The notes under the pieces: generated by a model
The model's database searches: none
Told to the model about the DNA's origin: nothing
What the model saw: the letters and a program-made list of their open reading frames with translations, nothing else
Shown: positions 36,609 through 46,397 of the stretch, piece by piece
Position numbering within the stretch: the stretch's first letter is position 1
Layout of the letters: each line of letters starts with the position of its first letter
Program-made: the position numbers and the translations under genes
DNA from: Firmicutes bacterium ADurb.Bin248
Lineage (GTDB): Bacteria > Bacillota > Clostridia > Christensenellales > CAG-138
NCBI GenBank assembly: GCA_002069725.1
Contig: MWBW01000004.1
Coordinates: 21,636-85,635 of the forward strand
Direction of reading: 5' to 3'
DNA length: 64,000 nucleotides

Positions 36609-38033
36609 TCAGCCGCCCATAAGCCCCGAGGGGTCGAAGAAAGCCGCGAGCGCGCGCATGCGCTCCTCGCGCCGCCTGCGCGAGGCCGTATCGTCCCACG
36701 GGCGCGGGAGCTTGCCTTCCCCGTATTCGGGCGCGCGCAAGCCGCCGAACCGTTCAGCCACGCCGGCGAAGCCGCGCAGCAGCTCAACGCAGCTTTCGCG
36801 CTCGTTTTCCCCGCGGGCATGGAGCGAAACATGGAGCCTATTCTCAAACAGGTGGCCGTAGAGCGCGCCGTCGAGCCCGCTTTGCGCCAAACCCTTCCGG
36901 TAAGCGTCCAGGCACTCGGCGAAGCGCTCGGGCGCGGCCGAAAAGCAGGCGTTCAGCCTCATGCCGCCTTCCCGCGCGCCCGGCCGGGAATGGATGGCCT
37001 CCGCGAGCCTATGCCGCATTTTGCGCAGCTTTTTTACGCCGGGGCCGTTCTGCGCCCAGGTATCCTCGCCGCTCCCGCCCGCCCCGGCGAGCAGTTCGAG
37101 CAGCGCCATGAGCATGCTTTCGAGCGCCGCGGCATCGTCGCCCCGAAGCTCCGCGTAGAGCGCGGCCCGCGCGGATTTCGGAAAAGCCGGGAGCGCCGCG
37201 CGCGGATCGCCGCTTTCGCCGCCCGCCGCGATCAGCCCCAGCGCGCAATGGTTGAAATACTCGCAGGCGAACAGCGGTTCCGGCTGCGATTCCAGCCGGC
37301 CGTAAAGCCGCCGCGCGAAGGCGAGCGCCGCGCCGTCGTCCGGGAAAAAGAACACGACGCCCCAACGTTGCGCATGTTCGGGCAAAAGCCGCAGCCTGAA
37401 ATCCGCGGCGACCCCCAGGCGCCCCTCGCTGCCGCAAAGAAAATCGATGAGGTCGCAGCCCGCGCCCATTCCCGCAAGGCTTCCCTTCAGCAGCCGTCCG
37501 TCGGGCAGCATGCAGCCCGTATCGTCGAAACGGTACTCTCCCCTGCCCACGCGCCAGATTTCGCCCGGGGGCGTCACCCAACTCAGCCCCTCGACGAAAC
37601 GGCTCATACGGCCGAAACGAAGCCCGCCCATGCCCGAAGCGCCGGTCGCGTACGCGCCGCCGATCGTCGCCGTGCCCTCGGTGGGGTCAGGCGGGAAAAA
37701 CAGGCCGCACGAGGCCGCTTCCGCCTCGATTTGCTCGAGCGTGACGCCCGCCTGCGCATGCAGATGCGCGCAAGCGCCGCTCCACGCAAGCTCGGGCGCT
37801 TCGTTCATGCGCGTCAGGCTGACGATCAGCCCGCCCTGCGGCACGGCTCCGCCTGCAAGCCCCGTGCGCGCCCCCTGGACCGTGACGCGGGTCCCGTCCC
37901 GCGCCGCTTGCCGCATCGCCTCCGACAGCTCCGCCGCGTTTTCGGGAAAGACGATCGCGTCCGCACGGCCCGGAAGATGCGACTCGTCGCTCAGATACCC
38001 TTCGTATTTCGGAAAAACCGGTTCCGGCTTCAC
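36609..38033 (-). CDS. FAD-linked oxidase (GlcD/lactate dehydrogenase-like), 474 aa
   Basis: FAD-binding PCMH region IVFPENAAELSEAMRQAARDGTRVTVQGARTGLAGGAVP. GTG start at 38033 preceded by GGAGGGG. Confidence 0.8.
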   Translation of the reverse strand: MKPEPVFPKYEGYLSDESHLPGRADAIVFPENAAELSEAMRQAARDGTRVTVQGARTGLAGGAVPQGGLIVSLTRMNEAPELAWSGACAHLHAQAGVTLEQIEAEAASCGLFFPPDPTEGTATIGGAYATGASGMGGLRFGRMSRFVEGLSWVTPPGEIWRVGRGEYRFDDTGCMLPDGRLLKGSLAGMGAGCDLIDFLCGSEGRLGVAADFRLRLLPEHAQRWGVVFFFPDDGAALAFARRLYGRLESQPEPLFACEYFNHCALGLIAAGGESGDPRAALPAFPKSARAALYAELRGDDAAALESMLMALLELLAGAGGSGEDTWAQNGPGVKKLRKMRHRLAEAIHSRPGAREGGMRLNACFSAAPERFAECLDAYRKGLAQSGLDGALYGHLFENRLHVSLHARGENERESCVELLRGFAGVAERFGGLRAPEYGEGKLPRPWDDTASRRRREERMRALAAFFDPSGLMGG

Positions 38034-38120
38034 GCTGTCCCCTCCGTTTCGATCGCGGTTTCGTTTGCCTGTTTTCGCCGGGGCGAACCGGCTTGCGGCC
38101 GCGCCCCCCCGCAAAAGCTC

Positions 38121-39596
38121 CTAGCCGATGCGCGGGAATAACTCCTTCAGGCAAGGATATATCCCGCGGAATTCACGATAACGCTCCTCATATCGCGCGG
38201 CGATCCCGGGGTCCGGCTTGAGCGTGCCCTCCACGCGTACCAGGCGGGAAGCGACCTCGGACACGGAGGCATATTCGCCGCAGGCCACCGCCGCGAGCAT
38301 GGCCGCGCCAAGGCCCGGCCCTTCCTCGGAGGCGATGGTGTCGAGCTCGAGGTTCAAAACGTTTGCGAAAATGCTCCTCCAGAGGGGGCTTTTCGCGCCG
38401 CCGCCGCAGATCTTGCTGCGCGCGACGGGGATGCCGAGGGTTTTTGCAACCTCCACCGAATCGCGCACGCCGAAGGCCACGCCCTCGAGCACGGAGAGCG
38501 TCATGTCGAGCCGCGAAGTATCCATGCTCATGCCGATGAAGGTCCCGCGCGCGGCGGGATCGTTGTGCGGTGAGCGCTCGCCCATAAGGTACGGCAGGAA
38601 AAAGACGCGGTTGCGCCCGAGCATATCCTCTGTGACGCCCGCCTGTTCGGCCGCGAAATCGGAGGTCCTGAGGATGTTTTCCGCCCACCATTTGTTGCAG
38701 GAGGCGGCCGAGAGCATGCAGCCCATCAGGTGATACGCGCCGTCGGCGTGCGCGAACGCGTGCAGCGCGTTGTTGTCATCGACGCGGAAACGTTCGCTCG
38801 AGACGAACGCGGTGCCGGAAGTACCTACGGAAATGTTGCAGCGCCCCTCCCCCACGGTGTTCGTGCCCACGGCCGCAGCGGCGTTGTCCCCCGCGCCGGC
38901 GCAGACCGCGACGCTCTGCGGCAGGCCGAGCCTCCGGGCGACCTCCGGCTTGAGCGTGCCGACCGCCTCGCAGCTTTCGTACAGCCGCGGCATCTGCTCC
39001 CGCGAAACGCCGCAGATTTCAAGCATCGGCTCCGACCAGCGGCGGCGCGCCACGTCGAACAGCAGCGTGCCCGACGCGTCGGATACATCCGTGCTGTGCA
39101 CGCCCGTGAGAAGATAGACGACATAGTCCTTGGGCAGCATGATTTTATGGATTTTCGCGAACAGCTCGGGCTCGTTGGCCTTCATCCACAACAGCTTGGG
39201 CGCGGTAAAACCGGCGAAGGCGATGTTGCCCGTCCACGCGGAGAGGTTCTTTTTGCCGACAACTTCGTTGAGCCACTCGGTCTCCTTGGCGGTGCGCCCG
39301 TCGTTCCACAATATCGCGGGACGGACGACGCGATCGTCCCTGTCGAGCACGACGAGACCGTGCATCTGGCCGCCGACGCCGATGCCCGCGACGAGCGTGC
39401 GGTCGAAACCTTCGATCAGCTCCGGGATGCAGGCGAACGCCGCGTCCCGCCAATCCTGCGGGCGCTGCTGCGACCAGCCGGGATGCGGAAACTCGATGGG
39501 GTACTCGCGCGAGACGATCCTTAAAACCTTCCCTCCGCCGTCCATAAGCAGCGTTTTGACCGCGGACGTGCCCAGATCGATGCCGATGTAATACAT
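38121..39596 (-). CDS. xylB: xylulokinase, 491 aa
   Basis: YIGIDLGTSAVKT, FGGY-family motifs, ICGGGAKSPLW. ATG at 39596 after GAGGTGAAGG. Confidence 0.9.
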   Translation of the reverse strand: MYYIGIDLGTSAVKTLLMDGGGKVLRIVSREYPIEFPHPGWSQQRPQDWRDAAFACIPELIEGFDRTLVAGIGVGGQMHGLVVLDRDDRVVRPAILWNDGRTAKETEWLNEVVGKKNLSAWTGNIAFAGFTAPKLLWMKANEPELFAKIHKIMLPKDYVVYLLTGVHSTDVSDASGTLLFDVARRRWSEPMLEICGVSREQMPRLYESCEAVGTLKPEVARRLGLPQSVAVCAGAGDNAAAAVGTNTVGEGRCNISVGTSGTAFVSSERFRVDDNNALHAFAHADGAYHLMGCMLSAASCNKWWAENILRTSDFAAEQAGVTEDMLGRNRVFFLPYLMGERSPHNDPAARGTFIGMSMDTSRLDMTLSVLEGVAFGVRDSVEVAKTLGIPVARSKICGGGAKSPLWRSIFANVLNLELDTIASEEGPGLGAAMLAAVACGEYASVSEVASRLVRVEGTLKPDPGIAARYEERYREFRGIYPCLKELFPRIG

Positions 39597-39614
39597 AGCC
39601 TTCACCTCATGAAA

Positions 39615-39644
39615 AATCAGGGCGGCTGAACCGCCGTCCTGATT
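39615..39644 (-). promoter_or_regulatory. intercistronic stem-loop between xylA and xylB
   Basis: AATCAGG...CCTGATT outer stem with inner GCGG/CCGC pairs, followed on the minus strand by TTTT just before the xylB RBS. Confidence 0.45.
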
Positions 39645-39658
39645 CCGGTCGCTCCGAA

Positions 39659-40975
39659 TCATCCGAAAAGGACGCTGTTGACGACGCTCTCGAGATATTC
39701 CTGCCTGCCGCTGCCGGGAAGCTCCGGCTTCTTCAGCCGCTGCGCGTATGCGGCGCATTCGTCGAGCGTAGCCTCGCCGCTTCGGATGCGCGCGCCTATG
39801 CCCGCGCGATAGCTCGCATACCGCTCTTTAAGGAAGGAATCGATGCGCCCGTCCTCGAGTATGGCCGCCGCCTTGACAAGGCCGAGCGCGAAGGTATCCA
39901 TGCCCAGTATGAAGGCGTAGAACATATCCTCCGGCGTATAGCTCGGGCGGCGGGTCTTGGCGTCGAAGTTGAAGCCGCCGGAAAGCCCGCCCGCCTTGAG
40001 CACCTCGTACATACAAAGCGTCGCCTCGTACACGTTGAAGGGGAATTCGTCCGTATCCCAGCCGAGAAGGTCGTCGCCCTGGTTCGCGTCGATGGAGCCG
40101 AGCATGCCGTTGGCGGCGCTGACGCGAAGGTCGTGCTGGAAGGTGTGCCCTGCGAGCGTGGCGTGGTTGGCTTCGATGTTGAGCTTGAAATCGCCCTCCA
40201 GCCCGTGTTGCCGCAAAAAGCCTATGGCGGTCGCCGCGTCGTAATCATACTGGTGCTTCATGGGCTCCTTGGGCTTGGGCTCTATGTAGAAGTCGCCCGT
40301 GAAGCCGATGCCGCGGCCGTAGTCCACGGCCATGCGCATCAGGCGCGCGATGTTTTCCTGCTCGAACTTCACATCCGTATTGAGCAGCGTTTCGTAGCCT
40401 TCGCGGCCGCCCCAGAACACGTAGCCCCCGCCGCCGAGCTTCACGGTCAGGTCCAGCGCTTTTTTCACCTGCGCCGCGGCGAAACAGAACACATCCGCCG
40501 AGTTGGAGGACGCCGCGCCGTTCACGAACCTCGGGTTGCCGAACATGTTGGCGGTGCCCCAGAGACAGCGGATGCCGGTTTCCTCCATTTTGGCGAGCAA
40601 ATAATCGCTGATTTCGTCGAGGCGGCGGTTGGTTTCATTGATGTCGTCCGCCTCGGGCACGAGATCCACGTCGTGGAAGCAAAAATAACGGATCCCGAGC
40701 TTTTGCATGAATTCGAAGCCCGCGTCCACCTTCGCCCGCGCGCGGGCCATGTCCTTCTGAGGGACGCCGAAGGATTTATCCGCGGTTTCGTCCCCGAACA
40801 TATCCCTGCCCGCGTTGCACAGGCTGTGCCACCACGCCATGGCGAAGGGAAGGTGCTCGGCCATGCGCTTGCCCCGGACGATGCGCTCGGGATCGTAGTA
40901 TTTGAACGCGAGGGGATTCCGGCTGCCCGGCCCCTCGTAACGGATCTGCGGTATTTCCGGGAATATTTCGGCCAT
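39659..40975 (-). CDS. xylA: xylose isomerase, 438 aa
   Basis: [32 protein letters not shown] signature. Confidence 0.95.
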   Translation of the reverse strand: MAEIFPEIPQIRYEGPGSRNPLAFKYYDPERIVRGKRMAEHLPFAMAWWHSLCNAGRDMFGDETADKSFGVPQKDMARARAKVDAGFEFMQKLGIRYFCFHDVDLVPEADDINETNRRLDEISDYLLAKMEETGIRCLWGTANMFGNPRFVNGAASSNSADVFCFAAAQVKKALDLTVKLGGGGYVFWGGREGYETLLNTDVKFEQENIARLMRMAVDYGRGIGFTGDFYIEPKPKEPMKHQYDYDAATAIGFLRQHGLEGDFKLNIEANHATLAGHTFQHDLRVSAANGMLGSIDANQGDDLLGWDTDEFPFNVYEATLCMYEVLKAGGLSGGFNFDAKTRRPSYTPEDMFYAFILGMDTFALGLVKAAAILEDGRIDSFLKERYASYRAGIGARIRSGEATLDECAAYAQRLKKPELPGSGRQEYLESVVNSVLFG

Positions 40976-41067
40976 TGTATCGCGCCCTTTCTTATGCGTT
41001 TTATGCGTTTTTTTAGATAAATATTCAAAGACAAAGCCTAAAATATACTTTAATTCATCTTAATTAT

Positions 41068-41095
41068 ATCATACTCCGCTTTTGGTTTTTGTCAA
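41068..41095 (-). promoter_or_regulatory. putative xylA promoter
   Basis: On the minus strand: TTGACA, 16 nt, TATGAT, in the AT-rich 257-bp divergent intergenic region. Confidence 0.45.
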
Positions 41096-41169
41096 GAAAG
41101 AATCGATTCCGGCAATTTGGCAGCATTACCTTGTTAAAACGTTTGCTCGCGCCTTGTCTGTGATTGCGC

Positions 41170-41198
41170 TTTACATCTTAACGGCATCCCTGTATAAT
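41170..41198 (+). promoter_or_regulatory. putative promoter of the LacI-family gene at 41233
   Basis: TTTACA, 17 nt, TATAAT (preceded by TG). Confidence 0.55.
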
Positions 41199-41232
41199 AA
41201 TATAAATTAAGTAACGGAATACAGGGAGAAAA

Positions 41233-42285
41233 ATGGCAGACGTAACCGCGAGAGATTTGGCAAACAGGCTTGGAATTTCCACAGCCGCAGTATCCATGGC
41301 GCTCAACGGAAAGCCCGGCGTGAGCGCGGAAACGCGAAGCAGGGTCCTCGCGGCCGCGGGGGAGCTCGGTTATACGACGCCCAAGTCGCGCCAGTCGGAT
41401 CAGCAGGCGAAAAAAATCATCAGCTTCGTCATATTCACCGAGGTCGGCGCGGCGGAGCAATCCACTTTCTCCAGCTTTGTTTTGCGCGGCACGGAATCCG
41501 CCGCGAAAAGCCTCGGATACCGCGTGCTCGTCCACTACTTCCACGGGGACCGGCCCTGGAACGAGCAGGTCGGCCTCTGCCTCAACGACGCGTGCGGCGT
41601 CATACTGCTGGGCACGGACATCACCGAGTCGCAGCGCCACGCCTTCTGCCAATACTACAGCATCGTAAAAGCGCCTGTGGTCGTCGTGGATAACTTCATG
41701 TTCTCCGCCTACGTCGACAGCGTCGGCAACGACAATACATACGGCGTGAAATCCGCCGTTTCCTATCTCATCGACTGCGGCCACAGGAGGATCGGCTACC
41801 TTCGCTCCATGCAGCGCATCGTCAATTTCGCAGACCGCGAGCTCGGCGTGCAGCTCTCCCTTGCCGACCATCGGGACGTCGGCCTCGCGCCGCTGCAGGT
41901 CGTGGACCTGGATATTTCGCCGGACAAGGCCTATGAGGACATGCTCGCCTGGCTCAAGGCCGGGAACGTTCCCGCGGACGCTTATTTCGCCGAGAACGAC
42001 CTGCTCGCCGCCTCCGCCATACGCGCGCTCCAGAAATGCGGCTTCCGCGTGCCGGACGACGTTTCCGTCATCGGCTTCGACGACGTGCAGATCTGCGAAA
42101 TGATCGACCCGCCGGTCACGACCATGCACGCGTTCAAGGAACGGCTCGGCCAGCTTGCCGTCAACCAGCTCGATTACAGGATCCGCTCCGGCGACACGCT
42201 TCAGACCTGCCGGCAGTCCGGCTTATTGAAAATCGCCCTGTCTCTGCAGCTCAAGGAAAGGCGAAGCGTGCGCCGCGTCGAGTGA
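41233..42285 (+). CDS. LacI-family transcriptional regulator, 350 aa
   Basis: VTARDLANRLGISTAAVSMALNG HTH plus a sugar-binding domain. RBS AGGGAG. Confidence 0.9.
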   Translation: MADVTARDLANRLGISTAAVSMALNGKPGVSAETRSRVLAAAGELGYTTPKSRQSDQQAKKIISFVIFTEVGAAEQSTFSSFVLRGTESAAKSLGYRVLVHYFHGDRPWNEQVGLCLNDACGVILLGTDITESQRHAFCQYYSIVKAPVVVVDNFMFSAYVDSVGNDNTYGVKSAVSYLIDCGHRRIGYLRSMQRIVNFADRELGVQLSLADHRDVGLAPLQVVDLDISPDKAYEDMLAWLKAGNVPADAYFAENDLLAASAIRALQKCGFRVPDDVSVIGFDDVQICEMIDPPVTTMHAFKERLGQLAVNQLDYRIRSGDTLQTCRQSGLLKIALSLQLKERRSVRRVE

Positions 42286-42343
42286 CGCGCGGTTTCCGGG
42301 CGGCCGAACACGGCCTCTCAAAGCGACATACGGAGGTCCGGCA

Positions 42344-43052
42344 ATGAAATACGGCTTTTTTGACGACGCCGCGCGCGAGTATGTGATCACGACGCCCCAA
42401 ACGCCGCTTCCGTGGATCAACTATCTCGGATCGCGGGATTTTTTTCGGCTGATCTCCAACACGGGCGGCGGCTACTGCTTCTATAAGGACGCGAAGCTGC
42501 TGCGCCTCACGCGCTACCGCTACAACGACAGCCCGCTTGACGTGAACGGGCATTATTTCTACATACGGGACGCGGGCTGTGTCTGGAGCATCGGCTGGCA
42601 GCCCGTGCGCGCGTCGCTCGATTCCTACGTCTGCCGGCACGGGCTTGGCTATACCGTCCTGGAAAGCGCGAAAAACGGACTTCGCGCGAGGCAGGAAACG
42701 TTCGTGCCTAAGGCATATTGGACGGAACTGCTCTCCCGTTTCTTAGTGCGAACCGGCGACGGAAAGCTGGATCGCATGGTCAACATCTGGCATCAATACC
42801 AGTGCATGGTCACGTTCAACATGAGCCGCAGCGCGAGCTATTACGAGAGCGGGCTCGGCCGCGGCATGGGCTTTCGCGATTCCTGCCAGGACCTGCTCGG
42901 CTTCGTCCACCTGGTTCCGGAGCGCGCGCGCGCATACTCGACATCGCGGCCACGCAGTTCCCGGACGGGAGCGCCTATCACCAGTACCAGCCCCTGACCA
43001 AGCGCGGCAATTTCGACGCGGGCAGAGGTTTCAACGACGATCCCCTGTGGCT
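42344..43052 (+). pseudogene. degraded GH94 cellobiose/chitobiose phosphorylase
   Basis: The N-terminus MKYGFFDDAAREYVITTPQTPLPWINYLGS...RLTRYRYN matches GH94 phosphorylases up to about residue 125. It then jumps to ...YWTELLSRF...[47 protein letters not shown] (about residue 300 onward). A frameshift lies in the (GC)6 run near 42922-42933. Homology continues in another frame ([27 protein letters not shown]...FNDDPLWL) and ends abruptly near 43050. Confidence 0.8.
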
Positions 43053-43086
43053 GACGGGAGTTCCTTTATGCAGCTATCATAAAAGC

Positions 43087-43109
43087 GGACGGGTTTGCGT
43101 CACCCGTCC
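43087..43109 (+). terminator. terminator-like hairpin after the GH94 remnant
   Basis: GGACGGGT-7 nt-ACCCGTCC followed by a long T-rich tract (GTTTCCGTTTCCGCTTGTTTTTCCGTTTCTGTTTT). Confidence 0.5.
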
Positions 43110-43305
43110 GTTTCCGTTTCCGCTTGTTTTTCCGTTTCTGTTTTGGGCCGCAGGTTTTTTTCGAGCAGCTTCGCCGTCAGGTGCATCGGCAGCGACGCGC
43201 CGAACAGGAGCCGTAAGCCTTCGCCCTCGTTTCATGTTGCTTTGCCCGGCGGATCGGCGGGGCCGAAGCCGGGCTTCGGCGCGCCGTCCGGAAGAAATCT
43301 CCGGC

Positions 43306-44292
43306 TTACTTGCTGAAGGTGCCCTCCTGAAGCTGCTTGACGTAATCGAGTATCTTGGCCTGCGTGTCGGCGTCGATGAGCGCGTCGTTGAACTTGCCCA
43401 GATACACGCAGTTGTTCTCGAGCGAGCCGAAGACGACCTCGTTGCCGAAGGTGCCGGTTTCGCACTTCTCGAGGCAGATGGCGAGCATGGCCGCGTTGTC
43501 GGTGACGACGCTGCATGCGACGCAGGGGTTCTGGCCGAGCAGGTCCGCGGGCTGGCCGATGTCGATGATGCGCACGGTGTCGCCGTTGGCCTGGTCGATG
43601 GCCTGGCGCGCACCGGAGTCGACAGCCGAGGCGTCGCCGAAGAACACGTCCGCGCCCTCGTTGATCATGGAAGCGGCGAGCTCCATGCCCTTGGCGGTGT
43701 CGTTGAACGAGCCCGCGTAGGCGGAGACGGCCTTGATGGCGGGGTTGATGACCTGCGCCGCGGACTCGAAGTGCGCGAGCTTGGACTTGGTGGTGTCGAG
43801 CTCCATGCCGCCGATGAAGCCGATGACGTTGGACTTGCTCATCAGGCCCGCGATGATGCCCGCGATGGAGCCGATCTGGTCGGCGTTGGGCAGCATGCTC
43901 ATGATGTTCTCGGTGGGAAGCGAGGTCGCGCCGTTGAGCACGGCGAAGCACACGTCGGGATAATCCGCGGCGACCTGCTTGACGGCGTCGCTGTACTGGT
44001 TGCCCGGCGCGAAGATCAGGTCGTAGCCGAGGTCGCAGTAGCTGATCATGGTGTCCGCGTAGGCGGACTGATCGATCGAGTCGGTGTAGGCGGTTTCCCA
44101 GCCGCGCTTCTCGGCGGCGGCGACCATGCCGTTGTAGCAGGCGGCGCCCCAGCCGCCGTCGGAGATGCTGGAGTCGCAGATCATCGCGACCCTGTAGGTC
44201 TTTTCACCGGGGGCTTCGGGGCCCTTGGCGCAGGCGCTCAGCGCGACGAGCGCGAGGCACAGAGCGAGCAGAAGCGCAAGTGCTTTCTTCAT
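43306..44292 (-). CDS. BMP-family (Med/PnrA-like) ABC substrate-binding lipoprotein, 328 aa
   Basis: [21 protein letters not shown] lipobox, then [21 protein letters not shown], typical of the basic-membrane-protein family. Confidence 0.9.
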   Translation of the reverse strand: MKKALALLLALCLALVALSACAKGPEAPGEKTYRVAMICDSSISDGGWGAACYNGMVAAAEKRGWETAYTDSIDQSAYADTMISYCDLGYDLIFAPGNQYSDAVKQVAADYPDVCFAVLNGATSLPTENIMSMLPNADQIGSIAGIIAGLMSKSNVIGFIGGMELDTTKSKLAHFESAAQVINPAIKAVSAYAGSFNDTAKGMELAASMINEGADVFFGDASAVDSGARQAIDQANGDTVRIIDIGQPADLLGQNPCVACSVVTDNAAMLAICLEKCETGTFGNEVVFGSLENNCVYLGKFNDALIDADTQAKILDYVKQLQEGTFSK

Positions 44293-44391
44293 GGTATCCT
44301 TTTCCCTCCAAAGTTTAATGTTTTTGTAATCGGGCGTTCGCCCGGAATTACCTTTGTGCTTGCGGCCGGCGTGAAACCGGCCGGTCCGGCC

Positions 44392-45321
44392 TCAGCGCTC
44401 CTCGCGGTAGTAGGGCTTGCCCTTGGCCTTCGGGCCCGCGATCCTGCTGCCGAACAGCGTCAGCGCGATGAGCGTCATCACATACGGGATCATCTGGAAA
44501 AGCTGGTACGGGATCAGGTCCGTTCCGATCTGGAGCCTCAGTTGCAGCGCGTCGAAGAAACCGAAGAGCAGGCAGGCCATGAGCACGCCCGAGCCCGACC
44601 AGCGGCCGAAGATGACTGCCGCGAGCGCGATGAAGCCGCGGCCGGCGACGATGCCGTCCGAATAGGTGTTGACGTAGCAGGTGGTCAGGTACGCGCCGCC
44701 CATGCCCGCGAGGAAGCCGCAGATGACGCTCGCGAAGTACTTGTGGCGTATGACGTTGATGCCCATGGTTTCCGCGGCCTTCGGGTATTCGCCCACGGCC
44801 TTGTAGTTGAGTCCGGATTTCGTGCGGTTGAAGTAGACGGCCGTCACGACGACGAGCAGGTACACGGCGTAGACCATAGGCGTCTGGTCGAAAAGGAGCT
44901 TGCCCAGGAACGGGATGTCCTTGAGGCCGGGGATCGCGACGGTTTTCATGAGCGTCGCCTGCGCGAGCGTGGAGCTCACGCCGAACACCACGCGGTAGAT
45001 GAACGAAGCGAGCGCCGGCGCGAATATGTTGATGGCCATGCCGTAGACGATCTGCTGGCCTGCCAGGGTCACCGTGCAAAACGCGTAGATCATGTTGACC
45101 AGCACCCCGCCGAGCGCGCCGCACAACACGCCAAGGAACGGATTGCCCGTCCAGTAGCACGCGAGAAAGCCCACGAGCGCGCCGAAGGACATGAGGCCGT
45201 CTAGGCCGATGTTGACGAGGCCCGCGCGCTCCGAGTAGAGCTCGGCGAGCGCCACGAACAAAAGCGGCGTCGCCATGCGCACGGCGGAAATGAGAAGATC
45301 CGAAACTGCGATCCAATTCAT
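44392..45321 (-). CDS. ABC transporter permease (BMP-type system), 309 aa
   Basis: ATG at 45321 ([10 protein letters not shown]...). ATGA overlap with the upstream permease stop. Multi-TM. Confidence 0.85.
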   Translation of the reverse strand: MNWIAVSDLLISAVRMATPLLFVALAELYSERAGLVNIGLDGLMSFGALVGFLACYWTGNPFLGVLCGALGGVLVNMIYAFCTVTLAGQQIVYGMAINIFAPALASFIYRVVFGVSSTLAQATLMKTVAIPGLKDIPFLGKLLFDQTPMVYAVYLLVVVTAVYFNRTKSGLNYKAVGEYPKAAETMGINVIRHKYFASVICGFLAGMGGAYLTTCYVNTYSDGIVAGRGFIALAAVIFGRWSGSGVLMACLLFGFFDALQLRLQIGTDLIPYQLFQMIPYVMTLIALTLFGSRIAGPKAKGKPYYREER

Positions 45322-46379
45322 TCTGACACGGCCTCCTTTTTCTCGAAGAGGTTGAGCATAAACGCGCGGAACTTGGGCAGATACTGCATGGACGAACCCG
45401 CGACGGCGAATATGATCACGAGCGCCTGTATGATGTCGATCACGCTCGTGGGGACGCCGGTGCCGACCTGCATGGTCGTGGAGCCCACGCGCAGCACCGC
45501 GAAGAAGTACGCGACGATCATGGTCGCGATGGGATGGAGCTGCGCGATGAGCGCGATGGCCACGCCGTCGAAGCCGTAGCCGCCGCCGTAGCCGCTGATC
45601 AGGCGGAACTGCGTGCCCAGTATGTCGCACGCGCCGCCGAGCCCCGCGATCGCGCCGGAAACGACGAAGGCCGCGAGCATGTAGCGCTTGACCGAAAGGC
45701 CGTTGTAGCTGCTGGCGGTCTGGTTGAAGCCCACCGCGCGCAGCTGGAAGCCCTTGGACGTGTTGAACAGGAAGTACCACACGGCCACGCCGAGCACGAG
45801 CGCGACCGCGATGCCCCAGGTGATGCGAAGGTCCGGGAAAACGCGGCCGATCTTCGTCATATCCGGCACGGGCGCCGTCTGAGGCACGCTGCCCTCGCGA
45901 AGCGCCGTCGTGTAGAGGTAGCCCATGAAGAGCGCGGCGACGTAGTTGAACATGATGGTCGTGATCATCTCGTTGAGCCCGCGCCAGGTTTTAAGCAGGC
46001 CGGGCAGCAAGCCCCAGAGCCCGCCCATGACCGTGCCCGCGAGCATCGCGAGTATCGTGACCCACCAGCCTTCGGAGCCTATGAGCAGCGACACCGTGAT
46101 GGCCGCCATCGCACCGCTGAGGAACTGCCCCTCGCCGCCGAGGTTGAACACGCCGCAGCGGTATGCAAAGCAGGTGCACAGCCCGGTAAAGAGCAGCGGC
46201 ATCGCGCGGACGACCGTGTTCCCGAAGTTGGTCGCCGAGCCGAACGCGCCCTTGACGAGGTAGCCTATGGCCTGGAACGGGTTCGAGCCCAGGCACAGTA
46301 TGATGATCATGCCGATCAGAAACGCGAGCAGCACGGACAGGGTCGGAATCAAAAGATTCAGGACTTTCGTTTTTTGCAT
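45318..46379 (-). CDS. ABC transporter permease (BMP-type system), 353 aa
   Basis: Multi-TM with the FNLGGEGQF motif typical of this permease family. Confidence 0.85.
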   Translation of the reverse strand: MQKTKVLNLLIPTLSVLLAFLIGMIIILCLGSNPFQAIGYLVKGAFGSATNFGNTVVRAMPLLFTGLCTCFAYRCGVFNLGGEGQFLSGAMAAITVSLLIGSEGWWVTILAMLAGTVMGGLWGLLPGLLKTWRGLNEMITTIMFNYVAALFMGYLYTTALREGSVPQTAPVPDMTKIGRVFPDLRITWGIAVALVLGVAVWYFLFNTSKGFQLRAVGFNQTASSYNGLSVKRYMLAAFVVSGAIAGLGGACDILGTQFRLISGYGGGYGFDGVAIALIAQLHPIATMIVAYFFAVLRVGSTTMQVGTGVPTSVIDIIQALVIIFAVAGSSMQYLPKFRAFMLNLFEKKEAVSE

Positions 46380-46397
46380 ACGCTTGCTTATCCCTCC

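Noticed and set aside
43110-43150. Reiterated CCGTTT/TCCGTTT motifs
   Set aside because: This is a short, imperfect T-rich tract directly following a hairpin. It is best explained as the U-tract of a terminator or as decayed sequence after the GH94 remnant, not as a distinct repeat element.
42718-45204. 828-aa ORF on the plus strand
   Set aside because: Only its codons around 42930-43052 carry real (GH94) homology, as the post-frameshift part of the pseudogene. The remainder is antisense to the BMP lipoprotein and permease genes.
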